This document shows, in pieces, positions 14,878 through 28,445 of a DNA stretch of 64,000 bases (positions are counted from its first letter, which is position 1; each line of letters opens with the position of its first letter). The notes below the pieces were generated by a model. That model was given only the letters and a program-made list of their open reading frames with translations. It was not told where the DNA came from and did no database searches. This DNA comes from Octopus sinensis (Eukaryota). The position numbers and the translations under genes were made by a program. The stretch covers positions 127,472,001-127,536,000 of the forward strand of contig NC_042998.1 in the NCBI RefSeq assembly GCF_006345805.1, read 5' to 3'.

Positions 14878-15420
14878 CTTCGTCCTCATTTTTACCGCAT
14901 CTTAAATTTATGTTCCACCAATCAACAAGATACAAAATTTACCAATATCATTTCTTTTTCTCTCTTTGTAATTCTACTCGTGTCTACCTCCGTACTCTGC
15001 TGATTTCTTCTTCACTCACTTATTTTCTCTACCACCCTCTACTATCTTTTCATTCCCTTTCTCCTCTTGTTCTGTCTGTCTGTCTGTCTACGTCTCTCTC
15101 TCTTTCATTTAGTCTGATTTTTGGTATCAATATGTTCTTTTTAGATTCACTACAGCTTTTTGAACGGTTTTCTGTCCGATGTTCTTCAGATTTTCTTTGA
15201 CCGAAGGTATTTTCTTAGACTGAGAAAGGAAAATCTGTCTCTCATGTTCATCTCTTATCATACACTCACACACACAAAGCAGAAACATATCGATACATAT
15301 ATACATATATATATATATATACATGCAAATACACATATATATATATAAATGTATATATATATACATGCACACACACAAACGCACACACACTCACACACAC
15401 CACACACACCACACACACAC

Positions 15421-15480
<60 letters not shown>

Positions 15481-15654
15481 ATGTATATTTTATATATATA
15501 CGTGTATCTTGGAAGTTACGTAAGTGCACCCAGGCATAGTAACACGGGCAGTAGAAACACGTTTCAGTCATTTCAACTAAGTAAGCTTTATATTTACAGT
15601 TGAATTAAAACAAAACATTGAAGCTGTACCAGTTCCGTATTCGTCATACACACA

Positions 15655-15695
<41 letters not shown>

Positions 15696-17181
15696 GTATT
15701 CAAATTATGTGTTAGAAGCAGCTAAATAATGTAAACTGTATCAATATTACATATTTGACACTTATGTATTGTCAAATGCCTGGAGTAGCACTTTTACATT
15801 TGTGAAAGGATCTTTTGAAGACTTGTAGTTTTAAAAAACTACAGCATGATTTAGAGCTAGACAAACTATATTTGCACCAAATGCGGACGTGATCGGCAGA
15901 TACCAGTATTTCGCAGTATCTTTCCGCTTTAAAGTGTTGCGTATTCACTTTGCTTCCAAAACAAAATCGATACCGTTAGCCTCAAGTATATACATGTTAA
16001 ATACATACATACATGCATACATACATACATACACACACATATACATACATATGAGAACGAAAATGGGCCCCAACAATACGAACCGTTTCGTTGGCTACGG
16101 TGAGACACAAAGGTGTTATATGCAAAATTTATATTTTTATATGATATATTTATTTATTTATATATTTAAATTTTTAAACGTCGGGCTTTATAGATATAAA
16201 TGAATATAGGAATATTGTTGTATTTCGGAATGATCATTTTGCCACTTTAGCCAATAAAAGCACACGCACTATATATTTGGTGTTACTTTGCTTCAGTGTT
16301 ATTTATTTTTTTTACATTAATCTTAATCTTATTTCGGCCAGAGTTCTTTCGTTACACTCCTGTGACCGCATCAGTGGTCCTTTGCTTTCTTCTTTCTTAT
16401 TTATGTGTCTCTCCTTACTAACCGTCAGCCATTTTGTATTTCTATTGTATGTGTCTTCATTTGCGCATGTGTATATCTCTATGTGCATCTATGTTTAGTT
16501 AGTGTGTATGTGTGTGTGTGGGGGGAATGCCTGTAATATTTGTATCTTCTGTTTATATACGTCGGTGTAAATTGTTTTTGTTTATTCTTATTTTTTTATT
16601 ATTTTGTTCATGTTTACATCCACTTATTATTATTATTATTATCATTATTATTATTATTACGTATGCTTGTATGTATGTATGTATGTATAACGATAATACT
16701 AGTAATAACAATAATAATAATAATAAAACATTAAAAAAAAATTTTTTATCTTTTAAATTTAAAAAAAAACCTATATACTTATTTATTTCTATTTGTTTAT
16801 TTATCGGTGTATTTTATTTATTATGTTTTTGGTTTTGTTTATATTGTAACCAGTTTATGGGGATCCTCTTCCGTCATATGGTGTGTGCTAGTGTTCCATT
16901 CCAGTTTCCTATTCAGGCTAGGTTTATCTTCTATTACGTGTGTAGCTTCTGTAACTTGTCTAAACTGGCAAAATGACTATTCCGAAATACAACAATGTCT
17001 GTTTCAACACCCGACTTCACATAAAAAATCTTGCACAACAAATATATAAACGTAATATATGAATATATGTATGTGTTTGATCTTTCTGTGCATTTTGAAA
17101 TGTTCCTTTAGTTGTTGCTCGCATTGCCCCCCCTCGAATAAGAAAAGTATGTGTACATATATATGTATGTATATATATATA

Positions 17182-17220
<39 letters not shown>

Positions 17221-17354
17221 TAATATATATATATGCATATATATATATGCATATATATATATTATATATATACATACATACATACATACATACATACATA
17301 CATACATACATACATACATACATACATGCATGTATATATATATATAAGGTGATG

Positions 17355-17540
17355 GTCTGTGTGTCTATGTCTCCGTGCATCCCACCACTTGCTATCTGGT
17401 GTTGGTATGTTCATGTCCCCTCGGCAAAAGAGACCGTTAGAAGAAGCATCATGCTTAGAAAAGACAAGTACGATGGCTGATTCATTCGACTGATAGCCTT
17501 AAAGGCGGTGCCCCAGGATAATGACTGAAACGAAGAGAGA
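17355..17540 (+). mobile_element. SINE family A, 3' half
   Basis: tcggcaaaagagaccgttagaag..aaaggcggtgccccagg..atgactgaaac. Confidence 0.75.
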
Positions 17541-17612
17541 AATAGTGTTACATATATATATATATATATATATTATAATTATATTTCTCTATGTATATAT
17601 ATGTATATATGA

Positions 17613-17646
<34 letters not shown>

Positions 17647-17653
17647 TATATAT

Positions 17654-17687
<34 letters not shown>

Positions 17688-17689
17688 CA

Positions 17690-18038
17690 GGGAATCTTAC
17701 ATTGCTTATAAATTCTATATTTGGATGGACACATTTTAAACTCTGTTGGACTCTTGGACTTTACGCATAGGATATTGGAATATTGCATATATACCATTAT
17801 GCCTAAAAAATGGATTTACAACTTCAATGCCCATATATATCTTGCATCTATTTTCTTTCCTCCACCTCACTCTCTATTTTCTATCACATCTAAACTAACT
17901 ATGACTTAACTATCCTCTCACACCGTCTCCGATGAAGCGATTTAATTAATAAATATCCTAGAAACAGCTGTAAGAACGTCTATCTATAAATGCTCTAATA
18001 TCTACACAGTCTTGGTTTTTTATCTTATAATACAAAAA

Positions 18039-18041
<3 letters not shown>
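17690..18041 (+). mobile_element. Penelope-type terminal repeat fragment with degenerate hammerhead, between (TA)n tracts
   Basis: cgtct-CCGATGA-...-GAAAC-AGCT-GTA-agaacg at 17924-17978; related motif on the minus strand at 45615-45665. Confidence 0.5.
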
Positions 18042-18089
<48 letters not shown>

Positions 18090-18123
18090 ATAATTATATA
18101 TGCGCGTAAATTCATATATATAG

Positions 18124-18158
<35 letters not shown>

Positions 18159-18260
18159 TATGTGTATATATATGTATATATATATATAATATATATATAT
18201 ATGTACATATATATACATACACACAACATATATATCACATATATGAATTGTACAAGCATA

Positions 18261-18311
<51 letters not shown>

Positions 18312-18985
18312 TGAATAAGGAACACATATACCGTTATATTTATGATACATATATACATATATACACACACAGACGTACACGTACACACGAACGCACGCAC
18401 ACAAACACAGATAAAATGTTTAGAGGACCTGACATGCATATCTGCGTTATGTTACGCGTGCGTGCCAATCTGTATCTGTATTATACGTTCAATAAATGTA
18501 TAGCGTATGTGTACGTTTGAAAGCATGTATTTCATTATAGAAGCTTACTATGAACATAATTCTTATTTATAATCCTTGTATCTTTACCTAATTTTCTTTT
18601 AATCTACTTATGTCTACTGTTACCAAATATTGAGAACAACAAATCAAATTTGTACAAACCCAGTTATAAACACATATTCTTCTTGGAAGAATAATAGATT
18701 TGAACAGAGTTGTTAGATTATGACCAAACATTTGACAGGTTCTTTGTTAATGGTAGAAGTATCATCGACAAATTATACACGCTAACACATGCTCAGCTCG
18801 CACATGCAGTGGACACGAGTATACGCGAACACAGAGATAAATAGATAAATAGATAGATAAACAGATAGATCAATAAATATATGCAGGTGGGTGTGTCTGC
18901 ATATCACATATCGATATGACATGGTTATCTATCTATCCTCTCAATCTCTCCTCCTTACTTACTCTCCCCACCCTCTCTATCCCTT

Positions 18986-19049
<64 letters not shown>

Positions 19050-19951
19050 AAGTGCATACACACATATTAGTACAGGTGATATGAATTATATTCATCCAAA
19101 CAGAGACAAATGGCACACCAAACGTGGCGTTCGAATTTTGCAACGAAGGTCACAGATTCCGTAGTCGATTTCTTTATTAGACGTAAGTACACAAGCACAC
19201 TTGCGTGCACACAGATGTGCGTACACACATACAAACACACATACACACACATATGTACGTATGTGTCTATGTATATATGAGTTACTCTGTCTTGCGAGTG
19301 AGTCAATGGGCGTTTAGATATAGATGTGTAGACGTAAATGCGTAAATATATATCCCCTCCCACTTTCTCTCTCCCGCTTTCTATCTGTGTGTAAAATGTT
19401 ATAATGCTTAAAGTGTTGCCAAAGATATTTAATAAAAGAATTAGTCTTGTAAACGCGTATATTGATCTGATCAAAAATTTAAATGGCGGCTAGCAACTGT
19501 TTGCTTACAATAGCTGTAAAGCGGGGATTTAAACAGAAGTGACATGATCCTAAGCCGAATATTATTACTAAGACAGCAATATTTCCTAAGAACTTTCAAA
19601 ACCATATAAATGTGTTGACTCGGGGAATTTTCTGAACCGTATAGCAGAGTTTGAAGGAAGAGGTTTTGTATTTTTTCATTATATTATTTCTAATTTTCAG
19701 TTATGAACTCAAAATAATAAGTACCTAAGATGCGGTGCAATACATTTACTACTGCCAAATGTATACACTACAGCTCAACACGCACAAACATGCATGCACA
19801 TACACAGGCATATATAGATAAATACTTAGATACAAGGATAACATATATATGCGTGCGTGTGTATGTGTGTATATATATATATATATATCGATCGTCAATG
19901 TATCATATATCCATTAAAGAAGCTCACCTTAAAAAGCATAGGGCACTAACG

Positions 19952-19986
<35 letters not shown>

Positions 19987-19987
19987 T

Positions 19988-20320
19988 CTTTTATTCTCTT
20001 ACTTGTTTCTGTGATTAATCCTAGGATTTATTTTTTTTAGCCTAGAACTTATTGTATCGGTTCCTTTTGCCGAACGGCTAAGTTATGGAGACGTAAACAC
20101 GCCAACACCGGTTGTCAAACAGTGATGGGGTAGGATGAAAAATACAAGTACACACACACACACACAAATATATAAATGACAGGCATCTTTCAGTTTTCGT
20201 CTACCAAATCCACTCACAAGGTTTTGGTCGGTTGAGGCTATAGTAGAAGACACTTGCTCAAGGTGCCACGCAGTGGGACTAAACCCGGAACCATGTGGTT
20301 GGGAAGCAAGCTTCTTATTG
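19988..20320 (-). mobile_element. SINE family A copy
   Basis: Homologous to 8512-8978 (ttcagttttcgtctaccaaatccactcacaagg..caaggtgccacgcagtgggactaaacccggaacc). Confidence 0.85.
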
Positions 20321-20529
20321 CACATGTACATATTATATAACAAAAATACGCATAGAGAAAGTCACCTATTTAATTGTAAAATTAACTTCACAAAGCCGAG
20401 AGTTGGTTCTGTTCTATTAAAATATTTACATAAAGAATCTACCATTGAAAATACATGTTAACACAACGTTTTCAAACCGATCCAAAATTACTTAAATTTT
20501 GTGCACATTATATATACTTCTTTTACATG

Positions 20530-21285
20530 TAGGAACTGCGATGTACACGAACTGCGATGCTTCAATGTTGTGAAATGCGTTCGACGTCTCAGTCTTGCAT
20601 AATAGTGAGACGTGGGCTCTGAATACGTCGGACATGTAAAGGCTGAGCAGGAACGAAGCTGACATACTCCGCTTGGTGTGCGATATCAATATGCATGTGC
20701 GACAGAGCATTGGTGCATTGAGAAAGAAATTGAGCATAAGAGGAATTAGATACAGTGTGAAAGAGAGCAGAATGATCATGTGATGTGGATGGATCAGAAC
20801 AGTTGCATAAAAAATTGCTGAACACTTATAGTGGAGGAGTACTGTGGAAGAGGGAGACCCGGGAAGAAATAGGACAAAGTACTTAAGGCCGATCTAAAAA
20901 AGCTGAACCTTATGAAGGAGATGACAGAATACTGAGGTATGTGGCTCATTGCAGTCCACGAGATGACTTACTCACTACGACAGAAATTAGATCCTAAAAT
21001 CATGGTGCCATGTAAAATGCGTTGCGACAGGTGCTGGTGCCATGTAAAAAGCACTGGTGCTGGTACCACGTAAAAAGCACTGGTAATGATGCAACGTAAA
21101 AAGCAGCCAGTACTCCCTGTGGAATGGCTGACGTCGTTAAGAAGGGTATCCAGCTGTAGTAACCAATCCAAAACATGCTATAAAAGCTGATGGGGGCCTC
21201 TGGGCCTGCCAGTTGCTGTCATGCTGTCCAACTCATACCAGCATGAAAAAGAGAATGTTAAATGGTGGTGATGATGATGATGATA
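20530..21285 (+). mobile_element. Decayed RTE/BovB-type LINE 3' end with repeated ggtgccaygtaaaaagcac motifs and (TGA)n tail
   Basis: Translation LHNSETWALNTSDM*RLSRNEADILRLVCDI..LRKKLSIRGIRYSVKESR..CGRGRPGK; tail ends gttaaatggtggtgatgatgatg. Confidence 0.75.
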
Positions 21286-21382
21286 TGCTTATATACGGAT
21301 ATGTTCATAATATATGTATAGTTCTATAATACACATATTATACAAATGCATGTATATACATTCATATATATATGCATACATA

Positions 21383-21464
<82 letters not shown>

Positions 21465-21841
21465 GCAGTGTAATTATAGGTCCCAATTCTGTAACGTATG
21501 TCTATATGTTTCTTCTTAACTAAGACTGGGGAACCAGAGAAAATGCGATTATGGTTTGTTTCCAATCACCACTTATTCAGTAGTTACTTCTGGTAGTTTT
21601 TTTTTTATTATCTGTTTTGGGCGGTTTTTGGCCTTGTGCTGCAATTACAAGCCTCTCTGCTTTGAATCCTCAGCTTCTGAACCAATATTGATATATACTT
21701 TATCTATTTCTTTCTTGTTCAGCTTTCCCATATTTCCCCTGTAGGGGTTTTTTTTTTTTTGCAATCGCTTTAGCTCAGGCTCTACTAATTTTTGTTTGTT
21801 ATTTTTCCGCATAGTTATCCTGTATTATTACCTTTCTCTTG

Positions 21842-21844
<3 letters not shown>

Positions 21845-21911
<67 letters not shown>

Positions 21912-22077
21912 AAAGTGGTGAGCTCGGAGAATGGTTGGCGAACCGGGGAAAATAGTCATCAGCATTTCGTCCGTCTTTGCGTATTTTATCGGGATCGAAA
22001 AAATTAGTGCCAGTTGAGTAACATCATCATCATCATTATCATCATCATCATCATCATTATTATTATTATTATTATTA

Positions 22078-22135
<58 letters not shown>

Positions 22136-22137
22136 TT
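21845..22137. repeat. (TTA)n/(TCA)n microsatellites flanking a short SINE B head fragment (about 21915-21985)
   Basis: Direct reading; gtggtgagctcggagaatggttggcg..catttcgtccgtctttgcgt. Confidence 0.8.
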
Positions 22138-22601
22138 GGTATAGGGATTACATTTTAGTCAATAGTATTCCAGTTACTGCAAGTTTCAAACACTGCAGAT
22201 GTTCTTCAATCGAAGCTGTTGGCTATTAGGACTTCTTCGATAAATTTGATCTTTGTTTATATTGTATTATACAGTATAATGGTTTGTTTCATTCGGATTC
22301 ATTTTTTGTTCGTAATGATGACTTATACGCTTCCGGTTTGTTTGATATATGTATATGTGTGTGTGTATAAATACATTGATACATATATAATCACAGATAC
22401 GTATACACATGAACGCAAGTCTCACATATCCTTGTACGCATTGATGTGTATAAATACAATGAAACGTATTTACATACATCAATAGAACGTACACAAATGT
22501 ATGCATATTTACAGAGTAATACAACGTTATTTGGCCTTCCATGCATATATATATATATATATACATATACAAACCCAAAGACCCGCAAGCACATACATGT
22601 A

Positions 22602-22667
<66 letters not shown>

Positions 22668-22749
22668 GTTAACGTTTGGTTTTATGTTCAGTTATAATAA
22701 AAAGAATTTTCCATTAATCTGATGGGTTACTCTATATTTGAAGAGTACA

Positions 22750-25560
22750 ATCTTATCAATCTTTAGCAAGAATATCATTGACAGTGTCTTCGAAGTCTCA
22801 CCCAGCTAAGCTATCATCGGACTGCAATGCATTGAGTTAATCTTGGCTTCATATAGTTTCTGTTGAGTTAAAAATGTTCTTCGGTTTTATGGAGTTAAGT
22901 GGAGTGGGAATTAGATTGTAGAGTGGGTTCTTATAGAGAGGTGTTTTGGTGAACTTTTTATTGGTTAAATTTGTGCTTATGTTATTGGTTAGAATTTATT
23001 CATCTACGTAGAACTTTGCAAACAGGTGGGATATTTAGGTGTGCCATTTTTGGTGGGTAGATATAAATGTGTACGTAGTTGTAGTTATTTTCCTTTGACA
23101 ATGTAAGAGTCAAAGGCTCAAAGTTGAGTTGAATATTTAAAACTTTTTATAATGCATCTTTTTTTTTGGGGGGGGGGGGTCATAAAAGAATGTAAGTAGG
23201 TGGTATATTTCAGTTGGTCAGTTTCTTTACTTATTGTTGTAATTTAAGGTACTTGCTATATTGTTTTGAAATTTACGTTTTATTAGTTGGGCATGTCATG
23301 ACGTTCTAATATAGAAAATTTTTAATTTGTGCTTTGATGCTCCCAATAGGACGCGGGTAGTTGTAAAGGCTGTTTGTCTGTATGTTTCTCTTTAGGGGTT
23401 CAATGTTCCATAAGCAATTTGATTAATATGTAGAAATTTAAACCTTCAGTTTTATGGCGGTAATTACCACTCCACTCAAACCTACATAAGCAAGGAAGAT
23501 TTTAACGCAACACAGACTATATAAAGTCAAGATTGATTGTAATGCATCGTAGTCCGACGATGACTTAACCGGCTGAAACTTCAAACTTGCTATCCATAGT
23601 TTTCTTGTGTAATAATAATGAATGCATATATCCATATATATATTTGTACCATTGTGTGTTTGTGTGAGTGTCCATTTATATATAGCACTGTGTGCACCTA
23701 AGTTCAAAACAATGCAGAACAAATAGTCCTCGAATACCAAAGGTTGATAAAACATGCTGCTTTATTGAAACTTTAAAAGTTCACAAACTATGAGTGTTTA
23801 TCATGTGTTTGTACTTGGAAATTCTTCAGTAAATATCGATAGAAGTGTTTTCCCCCAATTCACGAATTTCGATCTCTGAAAAGGCTGTAAGGGAATATTA
23901 TCCTTTCCCGAAAGACAAGTGTCACACCTGTGGCAATTAATTTGAGAAGGTGAATGTTCTATAATTGACCAAATGAGTTCATGATTGTTATTCATATCAT
24001 CCTTTGAATTCCAGATATATTTCGAGAGTGAAGTTATGAATCAGCTTTCTGTCCATTTGAATATATACATAAGTTCCGAGAATAATTTCGAATGGATTTT
24101 CAGTAAGGCCTATCTTTCATTTTAGTTATTTACATCAGCGTTCTTACAACGATAATTTAATACTTTAGGCTAAGACACGCCGTTGAGATAGCAAATAGTA
24201 GGGTTGTTGATATTACAAAGAGGAATAGAAATTTGCGTGCGCACCAGAAAATTTACTTCCACATACCAGAGATAAAAAAAGCAATATTTTTGTTGTAACT
24301 TTAATACAAATGCCCTGCATTAACGATGTTTCTAGCAAAAATATTATGGCTCTGGTGTACTTGAAATGTTGCCAGATATTTAAAAGCAATAACCTTCGGT
24401 TACACATGAACACAAAAACTTCATCAGAAATAAATAATACGTCACAAGTAGAGAATGAGCTCTCAGTTAAAAGCTAAACAGTTTTGTTGGGAATCCAGTA
24501 AAATATAATCTTGAATGATTGTGTGTACAAATGTGTATATGGGCGTAAGATCATTGAGAATTGATTTATAATTATAAACACATACGTGCCAGCATATATA
24601 TATATTTATATACTGGACATACTAACGTATGCGCACTCATCAATATGCTATTCTATTTAGACTAGTGAAGCGTGTGTACTTGATAAGGTTCTATGCTTTG
24701 TAGTGTTACAGATGTTGTGCTTATAAAGTTTTCCTGAATGGTTTTACCGAGAGTTTGAAGAATTAATTAATTTTTCTGGAAGGTTTTAAAATATCTTCTT
24801 TGTGTGTTTAGTTAGAAATTTGTTGATTTGTTAACGATGAAATATTATGAAACTTTAGTATGGCTACAGTAATGTAATGGGATGGAAATGCCGCTGAAAT
24901 GACTTACTAATATTATGAGCATTAAATGTCGTCTGCAGTTTCATACTTTTGAGCTGTTTATTTTCCTTTGTACCAAAATGTAAATTTAGGATTTAAATAC
25001 TTACAAATGAAGCTGACCTCACATTCTCTGATGCATGTTTTGGAGACATCTATTTCGCCTCTATCTTGCTTAAATTTTGTCAGGAAGAAAATTCCTTATG
25101 CTAGAAGTTGCAGTTATCTAGACAGGATAGACGATGGAAGCCATTGGCAATATGTGATTCATATTCAGACTAAATATTTAATTTAAACAGAAGGAATTAT
25201 AGTGACTGTTTCAGTTACACTAGCTGGAGGCGATTAAGCTTTGTCGATAAATTTAATCTGTTCTCGAAACATTCTTTTCGCACGCGCTTTGTTGCTGTAA
25301 TATTCAGCTCTTGCAAATATCTTTTTCTTGAAGAGGCAAAAGAGAATCTTGTACAAATGCTGCTGATGGGTTTATTAAAAACTTGTGAAAGATGTATATT
25401 TTTAGCTCAGAGATGAGTTTCATCTTTTTTCTTCCAGTTTGGTTTATATTTACATCTGTAGTGATCTAAGGATAGGTCTAAAAAGACAATTAATTGTTAT
25501 TACCAGTGGTGTTTTCCAATTTATTTAATGCTTTGTTTCTCCTTATTCTATTTAGTTGTA
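22750..25560 (-). mobile_element. Highly decayed Penelope-like element remains
   Basis: About 23790-24210 minus: NNPTICYLNG..KVLNYRC..IGLTENPF..TSLSKYIWNSKDD..ELIWSII..CDTCLS (GIY-YIG region of Penelope-group PLEs); flanks less certain. Confidence 0.55.
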
Positions 25561-27020
25561 TGAGTTTACGTTGTTAGAAATTGTCAGAGTATCGTGTGTG
25601 TACAACTCTCTGGTTACTTTGTGATAGCTTGATTTATATTTCATCAAAACTTAATCTAATCAGATTGCAATTCACAGCTCCGTTGTTGCTAAAAATTCTG
25701 ACATCAAATGAATCGGTAGTATCGTAAATACACACACACACACACATACACACATACACACACAAGCACACATACACACACGTACACAAACACACGTACA
25801 CACTCGCAGGCACACACACAGACACAAACAAATACACACGCGCGCGCGCGCACAAATATGTCTGTATATATGTGTATGTTTGTCTGTACACCACAGCGAA
25901 AGATCCACCGAACATATGTGATTCATTAATAATATACATAATCAGCATAGCCATGATGTCTTTATTTCAAAGTTCAAATTTATATGAAATCAACTTTGGT
26001 AAATATGCTTTTCTCAGAACTACCAAAATCGAACCATATCCTTTTTTTTTTCACCTCAAAAGTAAGGTGCACTGCATGCTGTATATCTTTGCTTCCCAAA
26101 ACTGAGATTACCAATTATTATTAGAATTATATACAATGCTTGATTATTTTACGTAGCTCATTTTCGCTTCATTTATTTCAATTAACTAGACCTTAGCTAT
26201 ATACTCTCTCTAATGTATATGCTTAAATGTCACATTGTCAAGTCTCGTTAACTTTTTGTTGAAGCAATTATCTCCCTTCCCCACTCGGAGTTAATGCTAG
26301 TTGTCAGCAAGCAATCGTTTCAGCGTCTGTGATATGCAATGTAGTGTTCGCTTGTTGATAGGACAAGTAAAATTGTGTTCAATTCCTCAAGAGTATGTAC
26401 GTGTGCATGTATGCATGCATGTATGTATGTATGAATGTACGGATGTAGAAGTGTACGCATGTGTGATGTATGTGCTATGACTGCACGTATGTTTGAGTTA
26501 AGTGAAAATGCACCCTTAACATCTTTTAAAGAGTTGTCTTGTTCACCAAATTTTGTTAATTCTTATTTTATTTTCTTCTTTTACTCTTTTAGTTCTTTCA
26601 CTTTCATTTTACGTTTATCTTCCTTCAAATATTCCTCCTCTCATATTTCAATCTTCCTCAAACTCTGTCTACAATATGCTATTTATAAATATCTAGCCTG
26701 CCAACACTTCATTATCTATGGTAACATTCTCGTCTATAAAAACATCAGATAAACTCTGCAACAGCTCGCTTTTTATATCTTATTGTTTATATTGTTAATT
26801 ACTTTTAAAATGTGTCTTAAATTCTGAGAAATTAAAGATCCTATGCTATAATCTTCTCACTTTCTTCCCAACTATAAACGACATGACACTTTCTTTAGTG
26901 CAATAATTTCAGCACTGAAATGACAAATGTAACATAACAAGAATATAGTTCTATATTTGAGAGATGAGGAATTATGTACATTATTTACATTATTTACATT
27001 TGACGGATATTTGTCCTCAT

Positions 27021-27085
27021 ATGGCTTAGTAGTTAAGAACGTGGGCTACTAACTCCAAGATTCCGAGTTCGATTCCAAGCAGTGA

Positions 27086-27090
<5 letters not shown>
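27021..27090 (+). mobile_element. tRNA-like SINE head followed by (TAA)n
   Basis: A box tggcttagtagtt, B box gagttcgattcc, anticodon-arm-like gggct-act-aactc; no acceptor stem, so not a tRNA gene. Confidence 0.65.
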
Positions 27091-27131
<41 letters not shown>

Positions 27132-27135
27132 CATG

Positions 27136-27180
<45 letters not shown>

Positions 27181-27235
27181 TAATAATAATAATAATAATA
27201 TTAATGGTGATAATGATAATAATAATAAAATAATA

Positions 27236-27286
<51 letters not shown>

Positions 27287-27290
<4 letters not shown>

Positions 27291-27473
27291 CAGGAAACTC
27301 CAAAATGGCAGAAATTCAAAAGATAGTGCTCATAGGAACTGCTCAGATCCTACGCAAAATACTTTCTATGTAATCTCAAGTTTTAAAACAAACATAATTT
27401 TCTTATGGTTTCTTAAACATTCACTAGTACAACACTAAGTACAAAACCAAATATATGGCACCCTAGGCATAAC
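27287..27473 (+). mobile_element. Dong/R4 element 3' fragment in (TAA)n
   Basis: IPGNSKMAEIQKIVLIGTAQILRKILSM* plus 3' UTR near-identical to 53380-53560; C-terminus homologous to ORF 58562-59728. Confidence 0.85.
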
Positions 27474-27808
27474 TAATAATAATAATAATAATAACAACAG
27501 TAACAATAATAATGGTTTTAAACTTGTACACAGAGCCATCAATGTCGGGGTATATTGATTACATTGAACAAGTAGTTAACTGGTACATAATGGTTTCAAT
27601 TTATGGCAGAGAGTCAGCTGTTTTTGAGGGTATGCGAAATCTAGGATATCGACCTCAATATATGACTGGTACTTATTCCATCGACCCCGAAAGGAAATAA
27701 TAATGACTCCCAATTTTGGCACAAGGCCATGAATTTCGGGGCAATTAATACGTAACTGGCATCAGGTTTTGAAAACTAAGATAGAGCCTATTTAACAAGG
27801 ATCTATTT

Positions 27809-27873
27809 CAGTGGTTCCCAACCTGTTGTCTACAAAGGGCGTGCTGGGTATCTGCGAAATGAATTCAAAAATT

Positions 27874-27952
<79 letters not shown>

Positions 27953-28037
27953 CACACACATAAGGATAAGCATATTGGAAGAGGTCGTGGGATTAAATGG
28001 AAGGGGTCCTTGGCAGTGAAAAGGTTGGAAACCACTG
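27809..28037. mobile_element. hAT (Charlie-like) MITE
   Basis: 16-bp TIRs cagtggttcccaacct / aggttggaaaccactg (1 mismatch); 8-bp TSD atctattt (27801-27808) / atctatta (28038-28045); internal (TA)n. Confidence 0.85.
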
Positions 28038-28250
28038 ATCTATTAATGACTTACTTTGATAGAATTTAAGCCTTGATTTTGTTTTAAGCTGCCAATTTTC
28101 ATTTACTTAAAGATAACCAACAATTAATGCTACATGCATATGTATGAATGTGTGATTTGTGTGTGTGTGTGTGTGTGTTTGTGTGTGCCTCTGTGTGGGA
28201 ATGTGCGCATGTACAGGTATACACACATACATACACGCACATATTTATAT

Positions 28251-28445
28251 AGCGAGCTTGTAGAATCGTCATCACATCGGACAAAACGCTTAGTTTCTTC
28301 CGGTTCGTTACGTTCTGAGTTCAAATGCCATCGAGGTTAGCTCTCTCTTTGATCCCATTTGCTGACGATAAAAGAAAGAACAACTTAAGTATTAAGGTTG
28401 ATGTAATCAACTTGTTCCATCCCCTTAAAAATGTAAGCCTTGAAC
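28251..28445 (+). mobile_element. SINE family B copy
   Basis: gcgagcttgtagaatcgtc..gttctgagttcaaatgccatcgagg..gatgtaatcaac. Confidence 0.75.

Noticed and set aside
27021-27090. tRNA gene
   Set aside because: Has A and B boxes but no pairing acceptor stem; runs into (TAA)n like a SINE head
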